Shown: positions 1 through 10,900 of the stretch, piece after piece
Numbering within the stretch: the first letter of the stretch is position 1
How the letters are laid out: each line of letters starts with the position of its first letter
Source: Octopus sinensis
Taxonomy: Eukaryota
NCBI RefSeq assembly: GCF_006345805.1
Contig: NW_021835910.1
Coordinates: 1-35,187, forward strand
Reading direction: 5' to 3'
Length of the DNA: 35,187 nucleotides
Notes under the pieces: generated by a model
The model's input: the letters and a program-made list of their open reading frames with translations, nothing else
What the model was told of the DNA's origin: nothing
Database searches by the model: none
Program-made: the position numbers and the translations under genes

Positions 1-4
1 ACTG

Positions 5-61
<57 letters not shown>

Positions 62-185
62 TTGTATATATATGTATGTACATATATATATATATACATG
101 TGTGTGTGTGTGTGTATGTATGTAGCTATGTGTACACACACACACGCACACATATATTTATATATATATATATATATATTATATA
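1..185. repeat. Compound (AT)n/(GT)n/(CA)n microsatellite
   Basis: Direct reading of dinucleotide runs. Confidence 0.95.
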
Positions 186-1177
186 AAAGGGCTTAGTAAA
201 ATAAATTACTTTGCCGCATACTGAACTCATTAGAAATAGCAGCTAAAAAAACATTTATAAAACTATTTCTAATACTTAAAGAAAACCTCTCTCATATAGT
301 GTTTGCTCATTCAACTCACGGAAGTATGGGGGGTAGAGACATTAAAAAATCATATGCAAAGGTTATTTGAGAACGTACGTTTCAAGATTAGTCAAAATCG
401 ACATTTCTATCATCAGCTCAGAACTCCCTGGTTTGGATTTGAAAACACTGAAAGTAGGAGCATACCCCTTCGGCCTCCTATCGCTTCTGAAGATCCGCTC
501 GTAACTAACAGTGCCAACAAACTCAAAAATGCAAGCGAAGAATTTCTGCTCTCCCCTTTCCACCAGCGTGGGTTAAAATCAGCAAACACTATGCTTTTGT
601 CGGTAAAATCCGAGGCATTTAAATAGAGAGAGATGAATTATAATTTCAACAATTGAGGGTAAAATTAATTAATTAATCAATTTCACAAGTGTTCAGTATG
701 CAAAGGGACCATTTAAGGCGAATTCAAATTATTACATTATATAAAAGTCTTAGTAAAATAAATTACTTTGCCGCATACTGAACTCATTAGAATAGCAGCT
801 AAAAAAACATTTATAAAACTATTTCTAATACTTAAAGAAAACCTCTCTCATATAGTGTTTGCTCAATTCAACTCACGGAAGTATGGGGGGTAGAGACATT
901 AAAAAATCATATGCAAAGGTTATTTGAGAACGTACGTTTCAAGATTAGTCAAAATCGACATTTCTATCATCAGCTCAGAACTCCCTGGTTTGGATTTGAA
1001 AACACTGAAAGTAGGAGCATACCCCTTCGGCCTCCTATCGCTTCTGAAGATCCGCTCGTAACTAACAGTGCCAACAAACTCAAAAATGCAAGCGAAGAAT
1101 TTCTGCTCTCCCCTTTCCACCAGCGTGGGTTAAAATCAGCAAACACTATGCTTTTTTCGGTAAAATCCGAGGCATTT
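180..1177 (+). repeat. About 1.8 head-to-tail copies of a 557-bp unit (unclassified, possibly a non-autonomous DNA or rolling-circle element)
   Basis: TATAAAAG(GG/T)CTTAGTAAAATAAATTAC recurs at ~182 and ~739. The identical minus-strand ORFs at 363 and 920 are 557 bp apart. The unit has an internal 11-bp inverted repeat GCATACTGAAC (216-226) / GTTCAGTATGC (691-701). Confidence 0.9.
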
Positions 1178-1789
1178 ACTGAACACTTGGTGAAATTGAT
1201 TAATTAATTAATTTTACCCTCAATTGTTGAAATTATAATTCATCTCTCTCTATTTAAATGCCTCGGATTTTACCGAAAAAAGCATAGTGTTTGCTGATTT
1301 TAACCCACGCTGGTGGAAAGGGGAGAGCAGAAATTCTTCGCTTGCATTTTTGAGTTTGTTGGCACTGTTAGTTACGAGCGGATCTTCAGAAGCGATAGGA
1401 GGCCGAAGGGGTATGCTCCTACTTTCAGTGTTTTCAAATCCAAACCAGGGAGTTCTGAGCTGATGATAGAAATGTCGATTTTGACTAATCTTGAAACGTA
1501 CGTTCTCAAATAACCTTTGCATATGATTTTTTAATGTCTCTACCCCCCATACTTCCGTGAGTTGAATTGAGCAAACACTATATGAGAGAGGTTTTCTTTA
1601 AGTATTAGAAATAGTTTTATAAATGTTTTTTTAGCTGCTATTTCTAATGAGTTCAGTATGCGGCAAAGTAATTTATTTTACTAAGCCCTTTTATATAATG
1701 TAATAATTTGAATTCGCCCTAAATGGTCCCTTTGCATACTGAACACTTGGTGAAATTGATTAATTAATTAATTTTACCCTCAATTGTTG
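1178..1789 (-). repeat. Inverted ~1.1 copies of the same 557-bp unit (fold-back)
   Basis: The reverse complement matches the unit almost base for base. ORF 1250..1522(-) repeats the peptide of 911..1207(+). Confidence 0.9.
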
Positions 1790-1792
1790 GAA

Positions 1793-1793
<1 letters not shown>

Positions 1794-1833
<40 letters not shown>

Positions 1834-1894
1834 TGATTGATTGATTCTAGTTTCAGCTTATGAGCTGTGGCCATGCTGGGGCACCGATATATAT

Positions 1895-1956
<62 letters not shown>

Positions 1957-1962
1957 ATATAT
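1794..1962. repeat. (AT)n microsatellite interrupted by (GATT)n and a ~40-bp SINE-like fragment (1845-1886)
   Basis: Dinucleotide runs. GGCCATGCTGGGGCACC resembles GCCATGCTGGAGCAC in the SINE copies at ~27020 and ~28115. Confidence 0.8.
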
Positions 1963-2142
1963 ATGTTCATGTTAACTTCAAATCAGGATACCTCTGAATG
2001 AAAATTTTTGGTGTTCGATTCATGGCACATTAACGAATATTCTTTTTCTACTATAGGTTCCTGGCTCGAAATTTTAGGGTAGGAGACCGAGCGATTTGAT
2101 CGCCCATAGTACACAATTTGTATTGTCTTTCTTTCTTTTTAG

Positions 2143-2209
2143 AAATCATGAAAGGCAAGTATGATATCGGGGATTTCAACGAGAAAGGGGAACACAAAAT
2201 TGGTTTGAG
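2143..2209 (+). CDS. Candidate exon of SEA-domain/mucin-like gene
   Basis: Polypyrimidine tract plus AG at 2141-2142. A phase-2 donor GAG|GTTATT at 2210 would join the next exon to give HKIGL-S-NGSLVAD. The donor choice is my inference. Confidence 0.4.
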
Positions 2210-2308
2210 GTTATTAGAGGTAGAAATCGATTCGTATTGTAAAACATGGCAAATATTTTCAGATGGTGGAAATATGTTGTTTGAATTCGTTCTTATTCTT
2301 TATTTCAG

Positions 2309-2448
2309 CAATGGTAGTTTGGTTGCCGACGTTGAGATGACATTCAAAAGCTCGCTACAACAGAATGAATCAATGTTGCTGCTAGTCACTGAAAGTATTG
2401 AAAATATTCCAGGAGTTATGAAAGACAAAACGACCGCAGAATGGCAAA
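2309..2448 (+). CDS. Exon encoding a SEA-like domain C-terminal part (NGSLVADVEMTFKSS...VMKDKTTAEWQ)
   Basis: Acceptor TTATTCTTTATTTCAG (AG 2307-2308) and donor A|GTAAGT at 2449. GSLVADVEMTF resembles the SEA-domain GS-V-V-V autoproteolysis strand. Confidence 0.6.
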
Positions 2449-2608
2449 GTAAGTGAAATACTGGGACCAGGTTCTTGCAAAATATATTTTAGAGAGAAAG
2501 ATGAAAGAGGAACCACAAAAACAGAATGGAATATGAAATAATTAATTTATTGATACAAATAATAGAGACATGAAATCTTGATACTGACATAGAACATTCA
2601 GTGTAATT

Positions 2609-2850
2609 GAGAGAGACAGAAAGAGAGTAAATGATGGACAGCTTAGGAAAGGGGAGACGGAGGAGTAAGAGATAGAAAGAGAGTAAATGATGGACAGCTT
2701 AGGAAAGAGAAGACGGAGGAGTAAGAGATAGAAAGAGAGTAAATGATGGACGACTTAGGAACGAGGAGACAGAGGTGTAAGAGATAGAAAGAGTGTATAT
2801 GATGAGGGGGATTAAATGATGAGACGGAGGGGGCGGCGATAGAGGGAAAG
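2609..2850 (+). repeat. Short (~4 units, degenerate) array of the 56-bp minisatellite
   Basis: GAGTAAATGATGGACAGCTTAGGAAAGGGGAGACGGAGGAGTAAGAGATAGAAAGA units, decaying to the right. Confidence 0.9.
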
Positions 2851-3026
2851 GTATATATTTATATTGGCCCCTTTCAAGAGAACTTGCGAGAGAACAGTAA
2901 TATATCTATAGACACATATTAGCGGTTATTGAGTGCACAACACTGTAAAAGCCGTTTTGGAACATAATTATTTTCTTCTACGATTTCTTTTTCTTCTTTT
3001 CTCCTTCTTCACCTCCAACTGGGTAA

Positions 3027-3323
3027 CCATTCACAACCACTGAATTGACGTCTATACCCACTTCAGCGGAGCAATCGTCAACAGATACACAAACAACCGC
3101 TGAGCAATCATCAACCTCCATTGAACAACCCTCTAGTTCCAGTGAATCCTTTGGCAGCGGTGAACAACCAACAACCACCTCTGAACAGCCCCCAATGCCC
3201 TCTGAATTGTCATCTGCTACCAATGAATTCTTCGCTACCATTAGTGGACAAACAAGCACTGAACAACCAGCCACTACCACTGAATTACCACTCCCGATCA
3301 AGCATCAACGTCAATAGCTGCAG
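3027..3323 (+). CDS. Pro/Thr/Ser/Glu-rich mucin-type exon with a frameshift near its 3' end (possible pseudo-exon)
   Basis: PFTTTELTSIPTSAEQSSTDTQTT...TSTEQPATTTELP in frame. A frame shift at ~3292-3297 gives DQASTSIAA ending at a strong phase-1 donor CAG|GTGAGT (3324). In-frame TAA at 3024-3026. The first usable AG is 3065-3066 (phase 1, compatible with the donor at 2449). Confidence 0.55.
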
Positions 3324-4049
3324 GTGAGTGAGTTCCTCATTTTCATTGGCGAGCTTCACACATCCCTATAATGTGGGGAGACTTTCTAAATGCTGGTTTT
3401 ATTGAGAGTAGAAATGTAAACTTCACATCTGTACATCAAGTCATCTGATTATCATCGCTTCTTGCTTTATTCGTAATCCATTTGAGGACGACACAAATTG
3501 AGCTAATGTAAACTAACGTGTTATTGTTTCAGTAGAGACATATTGGAACGCTTTACACACTTGGGTCCAGTTTACATATTAAACACACCACATATTTGTA
3601 GTAACCTTTTTTAAGATCATACATAATTGGGATCATAATCGTCGAGTTATGCTGTTGTCAAATGCTCCGTAACAGATTCCGGATCATGATATCTTTCAGC
3701 CAGTTCAATAGATAACTATTGAGTGCGTTAGGTATATATAATTGTAGACAAAATTAATATACCAATGATAGTGTGTCCTTTTGGTGGACGTGAGTCGCTA
3801 TATGATGCGAAATTGGTGGAAATGGCTGAGGAATTTTAAAATGTTAATGTTGTTGATATTGGTACTGAGCTTTATGGCTGCAAGAGAGAGATGTGCCTGT
3901 GTGCGCCCGTTGGTGGTTGTGGTGGCTGGGAGTCAATGGCAAAGTTGCAGACGTTGTTCTTTATGGTGGATATGTTGCAAAATAAACGAATGCTTGGTAA
4001 GTTGTATATCTACCAAGTAAACCGACTGTAGAATTATTATACGCCTAAA

Positions 4050-4160
4050 CCCGATGGACACACTCGAACGCACACACACCCAAACACACATACGCACACA
4101 CATAAACGCACACGCACACACATACGGCCGCATACGTATACATAAGAACACACACACATA
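4050..4160. repeat. Degenerate (CA)n-rich tract
   Basis: Direct reading. Confidence 0.8.
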
Positions 4161-4771
4161 TCAAAGATCTCACTGTCACATATCGGTGTTTTGCTTGTTT
4201 CATCGCTGGTCGCATCGAGTGATTGTGATACTCGACTTCATTTGATTGGCACAAAGTTTTATTTTTGCATTTCATTTATCTTGCGACAGGTTAGTATGCC
4301 TATAGTAGACATACGTATTGGTTGTATTTCACTGATTTGTAATACTCCAATTTGTTTACAATTCCACCAATTAATTAATCAATAGATCGTTTGTTTCTTT
4401 AATCATTCGTTTGATAACATCCTTTACTGTTTTTCGTAAGCTCTTATTCAGGTCGGTTTGCACACCGAATACAAAAATTAAATGTTCTTTCATTTTTATC
4501 CTATTAAGTAAGACGTCACTCTGGTAGAATCGCTAGTGCTTCGGACAAATGTCCGGCATGTTTTCGTACGTCTATTTGTATTCCCAGTTCAAAATTCGGT
4601 TGAGGTCTTCTTTAAATTACATCCATTCGATAAATTAAGTACCAGCTGAGCACTTGGGTCAGTTTCGTAGATTGACACCATTTCCTAAAATTGCAGACCT
4701 TATGCTAAAATCTGAAACCATACTATATTGATTAACTTATTAAAAGAATTTACTAAAACAACCTTAATTGT

Positions 4772-4995
4772 GTTATGAAAGACAAAATGAGAGCATATTG
4801 GCAAGGTAAGTGAAATACGGGGACTAGGTTCTTGCAGGATATAATTTAGAGAGAAAGATGAAGGACGAAACACAAAAACAGAACGGAATATGAAATAATT
4901 AATTTATTGATACAAATAATAGAGACATGAAATCTTGATACTGACATGGAACATTTAGTGTAATTGAGAGAGACAGAAAGAGAGTAAATGATGGA
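4772..4995 (+). pseudogene. Paralogous copy of 2415-2640 (exon 3' end, donor and intron start)
   Basis: GTTATGAAAGACAAAA...TGGCAA(A/G)|GTAAGTGAAATAC and ~190 bp of intron align at offset 2357. All three frames upstream of 4772 contain stops. Confidence 0.8.
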
Positions 4996-7900
4996 CAGCT
5001 GAGGAAAGGGGAGACGGAGGAGTAAGAGATAGAAAGAAAGTAAATGATGGAGAGCTGAGGAAAGGGGAGACGGAGGAGTAAGAGATAGAAAGAGAGTAAA
5101 TGATGGACAGCTGAGGAAGGGGGAGACGGAGGAGTAAGAGATAGAAAGAGAGTAAATGATGGACAGCTAGGAAAGGGGAGACGGAGGAGTAAGAGATAGA
5201 AAAAGAGTAAATGATGGACAGCTGAGGAAAGGGGAGACGGAGGAGTAAGAGATAGAAAGAGAGTAAATGATGGACAGCTGAGGAAAGGGGAGACGGAGGA
5301 GTAAGAGATAGAAAGAGAGTAAATGATGGACAGCTGAGAAAAGGGGAGATGTAGGAGTAAGAGACAGAAAGAGAGTAAATGATGGACAGCTGAGGAAAGG
5401 GGAGACGGAGGAGTAAGAGATAGAAAGAGAGTAAATGATGGACAGCTGAGGAAAGGGGAGACGGAGGAGTAAGAGATAGAAAGAGAGTAAATGATGGACA
5501 GCTGAGGAAAGGGGAGACGGAGGAGTAACAGATAGAAAGAGAGTAAATGATGGACAGCTGAGGAAAGGGGAGACGGAGGAGTAAGAGATAGAAAGAGAGT
5601 AAATGATGGACAGCTAAGGAAGGGGAGACGGAGGAGTAAGAGATAGAAAGAGAGTAAATGATGGACAGCTGAGGAAAGGGGAGACGGAGGAGTAAGAGAT
5701 AGAAAGAGAGTAAATTATGGACAGCTGAGGAAAGGGGAGACGGAGGAGTAAGAGATAGAAAGAGAGTAAATGATGGACAGCTGAGGAAAGGGGAGACGGA
5801 GGAGTAAGAGATAGAAAGAGAGTAAATGATGGACAGCTGAGGAAAGGGGAGACGGAGGAGTAAGAGACAGAAAGAGAGTAAATGATGGACAGCTGAGGAA
5901 AGGGGAGACGGAGGAGTAAGAGATAGAAAGAGAGTAAATGATGGACAGCTAGGGAAGGGGAGACGTAGGAGTAAGAGACAGAAAGAGAGTAAATGATGGA
6001 CAGCTGAGGAAAGGGGAGACGGAGGAGTAAGAGATAGAAAGAGAGTAAATGATGGACAGCTGAGAAAAGGGGAGACGTAGGAGTAAGAGACAGAAAGAGA
6101 GTAAATGATGGACAGCTGAGGAAAGGGGAGACGGAGGAGTAAGAGATAGAAAGAGAGTAAATGATAGACAGCTGAGGAAAGGGGAGACGGAGGAGTAAGA
6201 GATAGAAAGAGAGTAAATGATGGACAGCTGAGGAAAGGGAGACGGAGGAGTAAGAGATAGAAAGAGAGTAATGATAGACAGCTGAGGAAAGGGGAGACGG
6301 AGGAGTAAGAGATAGAAAGAGAGTAAATGATGGACAGCTGAGGAAAGGGGAAACGGAGGAGTAAGAGACAGAAAGAGAGTAAATGATGGACAGCTGAGGA
6401 AAGGGGAGACGGAGGAGTAAGAGATAGAAAGAAAGTAAATGATGGACAGCTGAGGAAAGGGAGACGGAGGAGTAAGAGATAGAAAGAGAGTAAATGATGG
6501 ACAGCTGAGGAAAGGGAGACGGAGGAGTAAGAGACAGAAGAGAGTAAATGATGGACAGCTGAGGAAGGGGAGACGGGGAGTAAGAGATAGAAAGAGAGTA
6601 AATGATGGACAGCTGAGGAAAGGGGAGACGGAGGAGTAAGGGATAGAAAGAGAGTAAATGATGGACAGCTAGGGAAGGGGAGACGGAGGAGTAAGAGATA
6701 GAAAGAGAGTAAATGATGGACAGCTGAGGAAAGGGGAGACGGAGGAGTAAGAGATAGAAAGAGAGTAAATGATGGACAGCTGAGGAAAGGGGAGACGGAG
6801 GAGTAAGAGATAGAAAGAAAGTAAATGATGGACAGCTAGGGAAGGGGAGACGGAGGAGTAAGAGATAGAAAGAGAGTAAATGATGGACAGCTAGGGAAGG
6901 GGAGACGTAGGAGTAAGAGACAGAAAGAGAGTAAATGACGGACAGCTGAGGAAAGGGGAGACGGAGGAGTAAGAGATTGAAAGAGAGTAAATGATGGACA
7001 GCTGAGGAAATGGGAGACGGAGGAGTAAGAGACAGAAAGAGAGTAAATGATGGACAGCTGAGGAAAGGGGAGACTGAGGAGTAAGAGATAGAAAGAGAGT
7101 AAATGATGGACAGCTAGGGAAGGGGAGACGGAGGAGTAAGAGATAGAAAGAGAGTAAATGATGGACAGCTGAGGAAAGGGGAGACGGAGGAGTAAGAGAT
7201 AGAAAGAGAATAAATGATGGACAGCTGAGGAAAGGGGAGATGGAGGAGTAAGGGATAGAAAGAGAGTAAATGATGGACAGCTAGGAAGGGGGAGACGAGG
7301 AGTAGAGATAGAAAGAGAGTAAATGATGGACAGCTGAGGAAAGGGGAGACGGAGGAGTAAGAGACAGAAAGAGAGTAAATGATGGACAGCTGAGGAAAGG
7401 GGAGACGGAGGAATAAGAGATAGAAAGAGAGTAAATGATGGACAGCTAGGGAAGGGGAGACGGAGGTGTAAGTGACAGAAAGAGAGTAAATGATGGACTG
7501 CTGAGGAAAGGGGAGACGGAGGGGTAAGAGATAGAAAGAGAGTAAATGATGGACAGCTGAGGAAAGGGGAGACGGAGGAGTAAGAGATAGAAAGAGAGTA
7601 AATGATGGACAGCTAGGGAAGGGGAGACGGAGGAGTAAGAGATAGAAACAGAGTAAATGATGGACAGCTGAGGAAAGGGGAGACGGAGGAGTAAGAGACA
7701 GAAAGAGAGTAAATGATGGACAGCTAGGGAAGGGGAGACGTAGGAGTAAGAGACAGAAAGAGAGTTAATGATGGACTGCTGAGGAAAGGGGAGACGGAGG
7801 AGTAAGAGATAGAAAGAGAGTAAATGATGGACAGCTGAGGAAAGGGGAGACGGAGGAGTAAGAGACAGAAAGAGAGTAAATGATGGACAGCTGAGGAAAG

Positions 7901-10900
7901 GGGAGACGGAGGAGTAAGAGACAGAAAAAGAGTAAATGATGGACAGCTAGGGAAGGGGAGACGGAGGAGTAAGAGACAGAAAGAGAGTAAATGATGGACT
8001 GCTGAGGAAAGGGGAGACGGAGGAGTAAGAGATAGAAAGAGAGTAAATGATGGAAAGCTGAGGAAGGGGGAGACGGAGGAGTAAGAGACAGAAAGAGAGT
8101 AAATGATGGACAGCTGAGGAAAGGGGAGACGGAGGAGTAAGAGATAGAAAGAGAGTAAATGATGGACAGCTGAGGAAAGGGGAGACGGAGGAGTAAGAGA
8201 TAGAAAGAGAGTAAATGATGGACAGCTGAGGAAAGGGGAGACGGAGGAGTAAGAGACAGAAAGAGAGTAAATGATGGACAGCTGAGGAAAGGGGAGACGG
8301 AGGAGTAAGAGATAGAAAGAGAGTAAATGATGGACAGCTAGGGAAGGGGAGACGTAGGAGTAAGAGACAGAAGAGAGTAAATGATGGACAGCTGAGGAAG
8401 GGGAGACGGAGGAGTAAGAGATAGAAAGAGAGTAAATGATGGACAGCTGAGAAAGGGGAGACGTAGGAGTAAGAGACAGAAAGAGAGTAAATGATGGACA
8501 GCTGAGGAAGGGGAGACGGAGGAGTAAGAGATAGAAAGAGAGTAAATGATGGACAGCTGAGGAAAGGGGAGACGAGGAGTAAGAGTAGAAAGAGAGTAAA
8601 TGATGGACACACTGAACAGGAGAAGGGGAGACGGAGGAGTAAGAGACAGAAAGAGAGTAAATGATGGACAGCTGAGGAAAGGGGAGACGGAGGAGTAAGA
8701 GATAGAAGGAAAGTAAATGATGGACAGCTGAGGAAAGGGGAGACGGAGGAGTAAGAGATAGAAAGAGAGTAAATGATGGACAGCTGAGGAAAGGGGAGAC
8801 GGAGGAGTAAAAGACAGAAAGAGAGTAAATGATGGACAGCTGAGGAAAGGGGAGACGGAGGAGTAAGAGATAGAAAGAGAGTAAATGATGGACAGCTAGG
8901 GAAGGGGAGACGTAGGAGTAAGAGATAGAAAGAGAGTAAATGATGGACAGCTGAGGAAAGGGGAGACGTAGGAGTAAGAGACAGAAAGAGAGTAAATGAT
9001 GGACAGCTGAGGAAAGGGGAGACGGAGGAGTAAGAGACAGAAAGAGAGTAAATGATGGACAGCTAGGGAAGGGGAGACGGAGGAGTAAGAGACAGAAAGA
9101 GAGTAAATGATGGACAGCTGAGGAAAGGGGAGACGGAGGAGTAAGAGACAGAAAGAGAGCAAATGATGGACAGCTGAGGAAAGGGGAGACGGAGGAGTAA
9201 GAGATAGAAAGAGAGTAAATGATGGACAGCTGAGGAAAGGGGAGACGGAGGAGTAAGGGATAGAAAGAGAGTAAATGATGGACAGCTAGGGAAGGGGAGA
9301 CGGAGGAGTAAGAGATAGAAAGAGAGTAAATGATGGACAGCTGAGGAAAGGGGAGACGGAGGAGTAAGAGATAGAAAGAGAGTAAATGATGGACAGCTGA
9401 GGAAAGGGGAGACGGAGGAGTAAGAGATAGAAAGAAAGTAAATGATGGACAGCTAGGGAAGGGGAGACGGAGGAGTAAGAGATAGAAAGAGAGTAAATGA
9501 TGGACAGCTAGGGAAGGGGAGACGTAGCAGTAAGAGACAGAAAGAGAGTAAATGATGGACAGCTGAGGAAAGGGGAGACGGAGGAGTAAGAGATTGAAAG
9601 AGAGTAAATGATGGACAGCTGAGGAAATGGGAGACGGAGGAGTAAGAGACAGAAAGAGAGTAAATGATGGACAGCTGAGGAAAGGGGAGACTGAGGAGTA
9701 AGAGATAGAAAGAGAGTAAATGATGGACAGCTAGGGAAGGGAGACGGAGAGTAAGAGATAGAAAGAGAGTAAATGATGGACAGCTGAGGAAAGGGGAGAC
9801 GGAGGAGTAAGAGATAGAAAGAGATAAATGATGGACAGCTGAGGAAAGGGGAGATGGAGGAGTAAGGGATAGAAAGAGAGTAAATGATGGACAGCTAGGG
9901 AAGGGAGACGGAGAGTAAGAGATAGAAAGAGAGTAAATGATGGACAGCTGAGGAAGGGGAGACGGAGGAGTAAGAGACAGAAAGAGAGTAAATGATGGAC
10001 AGCTAGGGAAGGGAGACGGAGAATAGAGATAGAAAGAGAGTAAATGATGGACAGCTAGGGAAGGGGAGACGGAGGTGTAAGTGACAGAAAGAGAGTAAAT
10101 GATGGACAGCTGAGAAAAGGGGAGACGTAGGAGTAAGAGACAGAAAGAGAGTAAATGATGGACAGCTGAGGAAAGGGGAGACGGAGGAGTAAGAGATAGA
10201 AAGAGAGTAAATGATAGACAGCTGAGGATAGGGGAGACGGAGGAGTAAGAGATAGAAAGAGAGTAAATGATGGACAGCTGAGGAAAGGGGAAACGGAGGA
10301 GTAAGAGACAGAAAGAGAGTAAATGATGGACAGCTGAGGAAGGGGAGACGGAGGAGTAAGAGATAGAAAAGAGTAAATGATGGACAGCTGAGAAAAGGGA
10401 GACGGAGGAGTAAGAGATAGAAAGAAAGTAAATGATGGACAGCTAGGGAAGGGGAGACGGAGGAGTAAGAGATAGAAAGAGAGTAAATGATGGACAGCTA
10501 GGGAAGGGGAGACGTAGCAGTAAGAGACAGAAAGAGAGTAAATGATGGACAGCTGAGGAAAGGGGAGACGGAGGAGTAAGAGATTGAAAGAGAGTAATGA
10601 TGGACAGCTGAGGAATTGGAGACGGAGGAGTAAGAGACAGAAAAGAGTAAATGATGGACATCTTAGGAAAGGGTAGACTGAGGAGTAAGAGATAGAAGAG
10701 AGTAAATGATGGACAGCTAGGGAAGGGGAGACGGAGGAGTAGAGATAGAAAGAGAGTAAATGATGGACAGCTGAGGAAGGGGAGACGAGAGTAAGAGATA
10801 GAAAGAGATAAATGATGGACAGCTGAGGAAAGGGGAGATGAGGATAAGGGATAGAAAGAGAGTAAATGATGGACAGCTAGGGAAGGGAGACGGAGGAGTA

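Noticed and set aside
303-1522. Three copies of the MQRLFENVRF... ORF and its antisense 66-aa ORF
   Set aside because: Repetition reflects DNA duplication only. I recognise no domain, and near-identical copies give no evidence of selection.
2057-2078. Possible micro-exon with AG and GT boundaries
   Set aside because: The phase needed to join 2143 places a TAG stop (2075-2077) in frame.
2978-3301. Val/Ser/Gly-rich minus-strand ORF (107 aa)
   Set aside because: It is the antisense shadow of the PTS exon; the splice signals support the + strand.
3781-4020. 79-aa Cys/Trp-rich hydrophobic ORF
   Set aside because: No recognisable domain or splice context; it has a non-ATG start and probably derives from a degenerate repeat.
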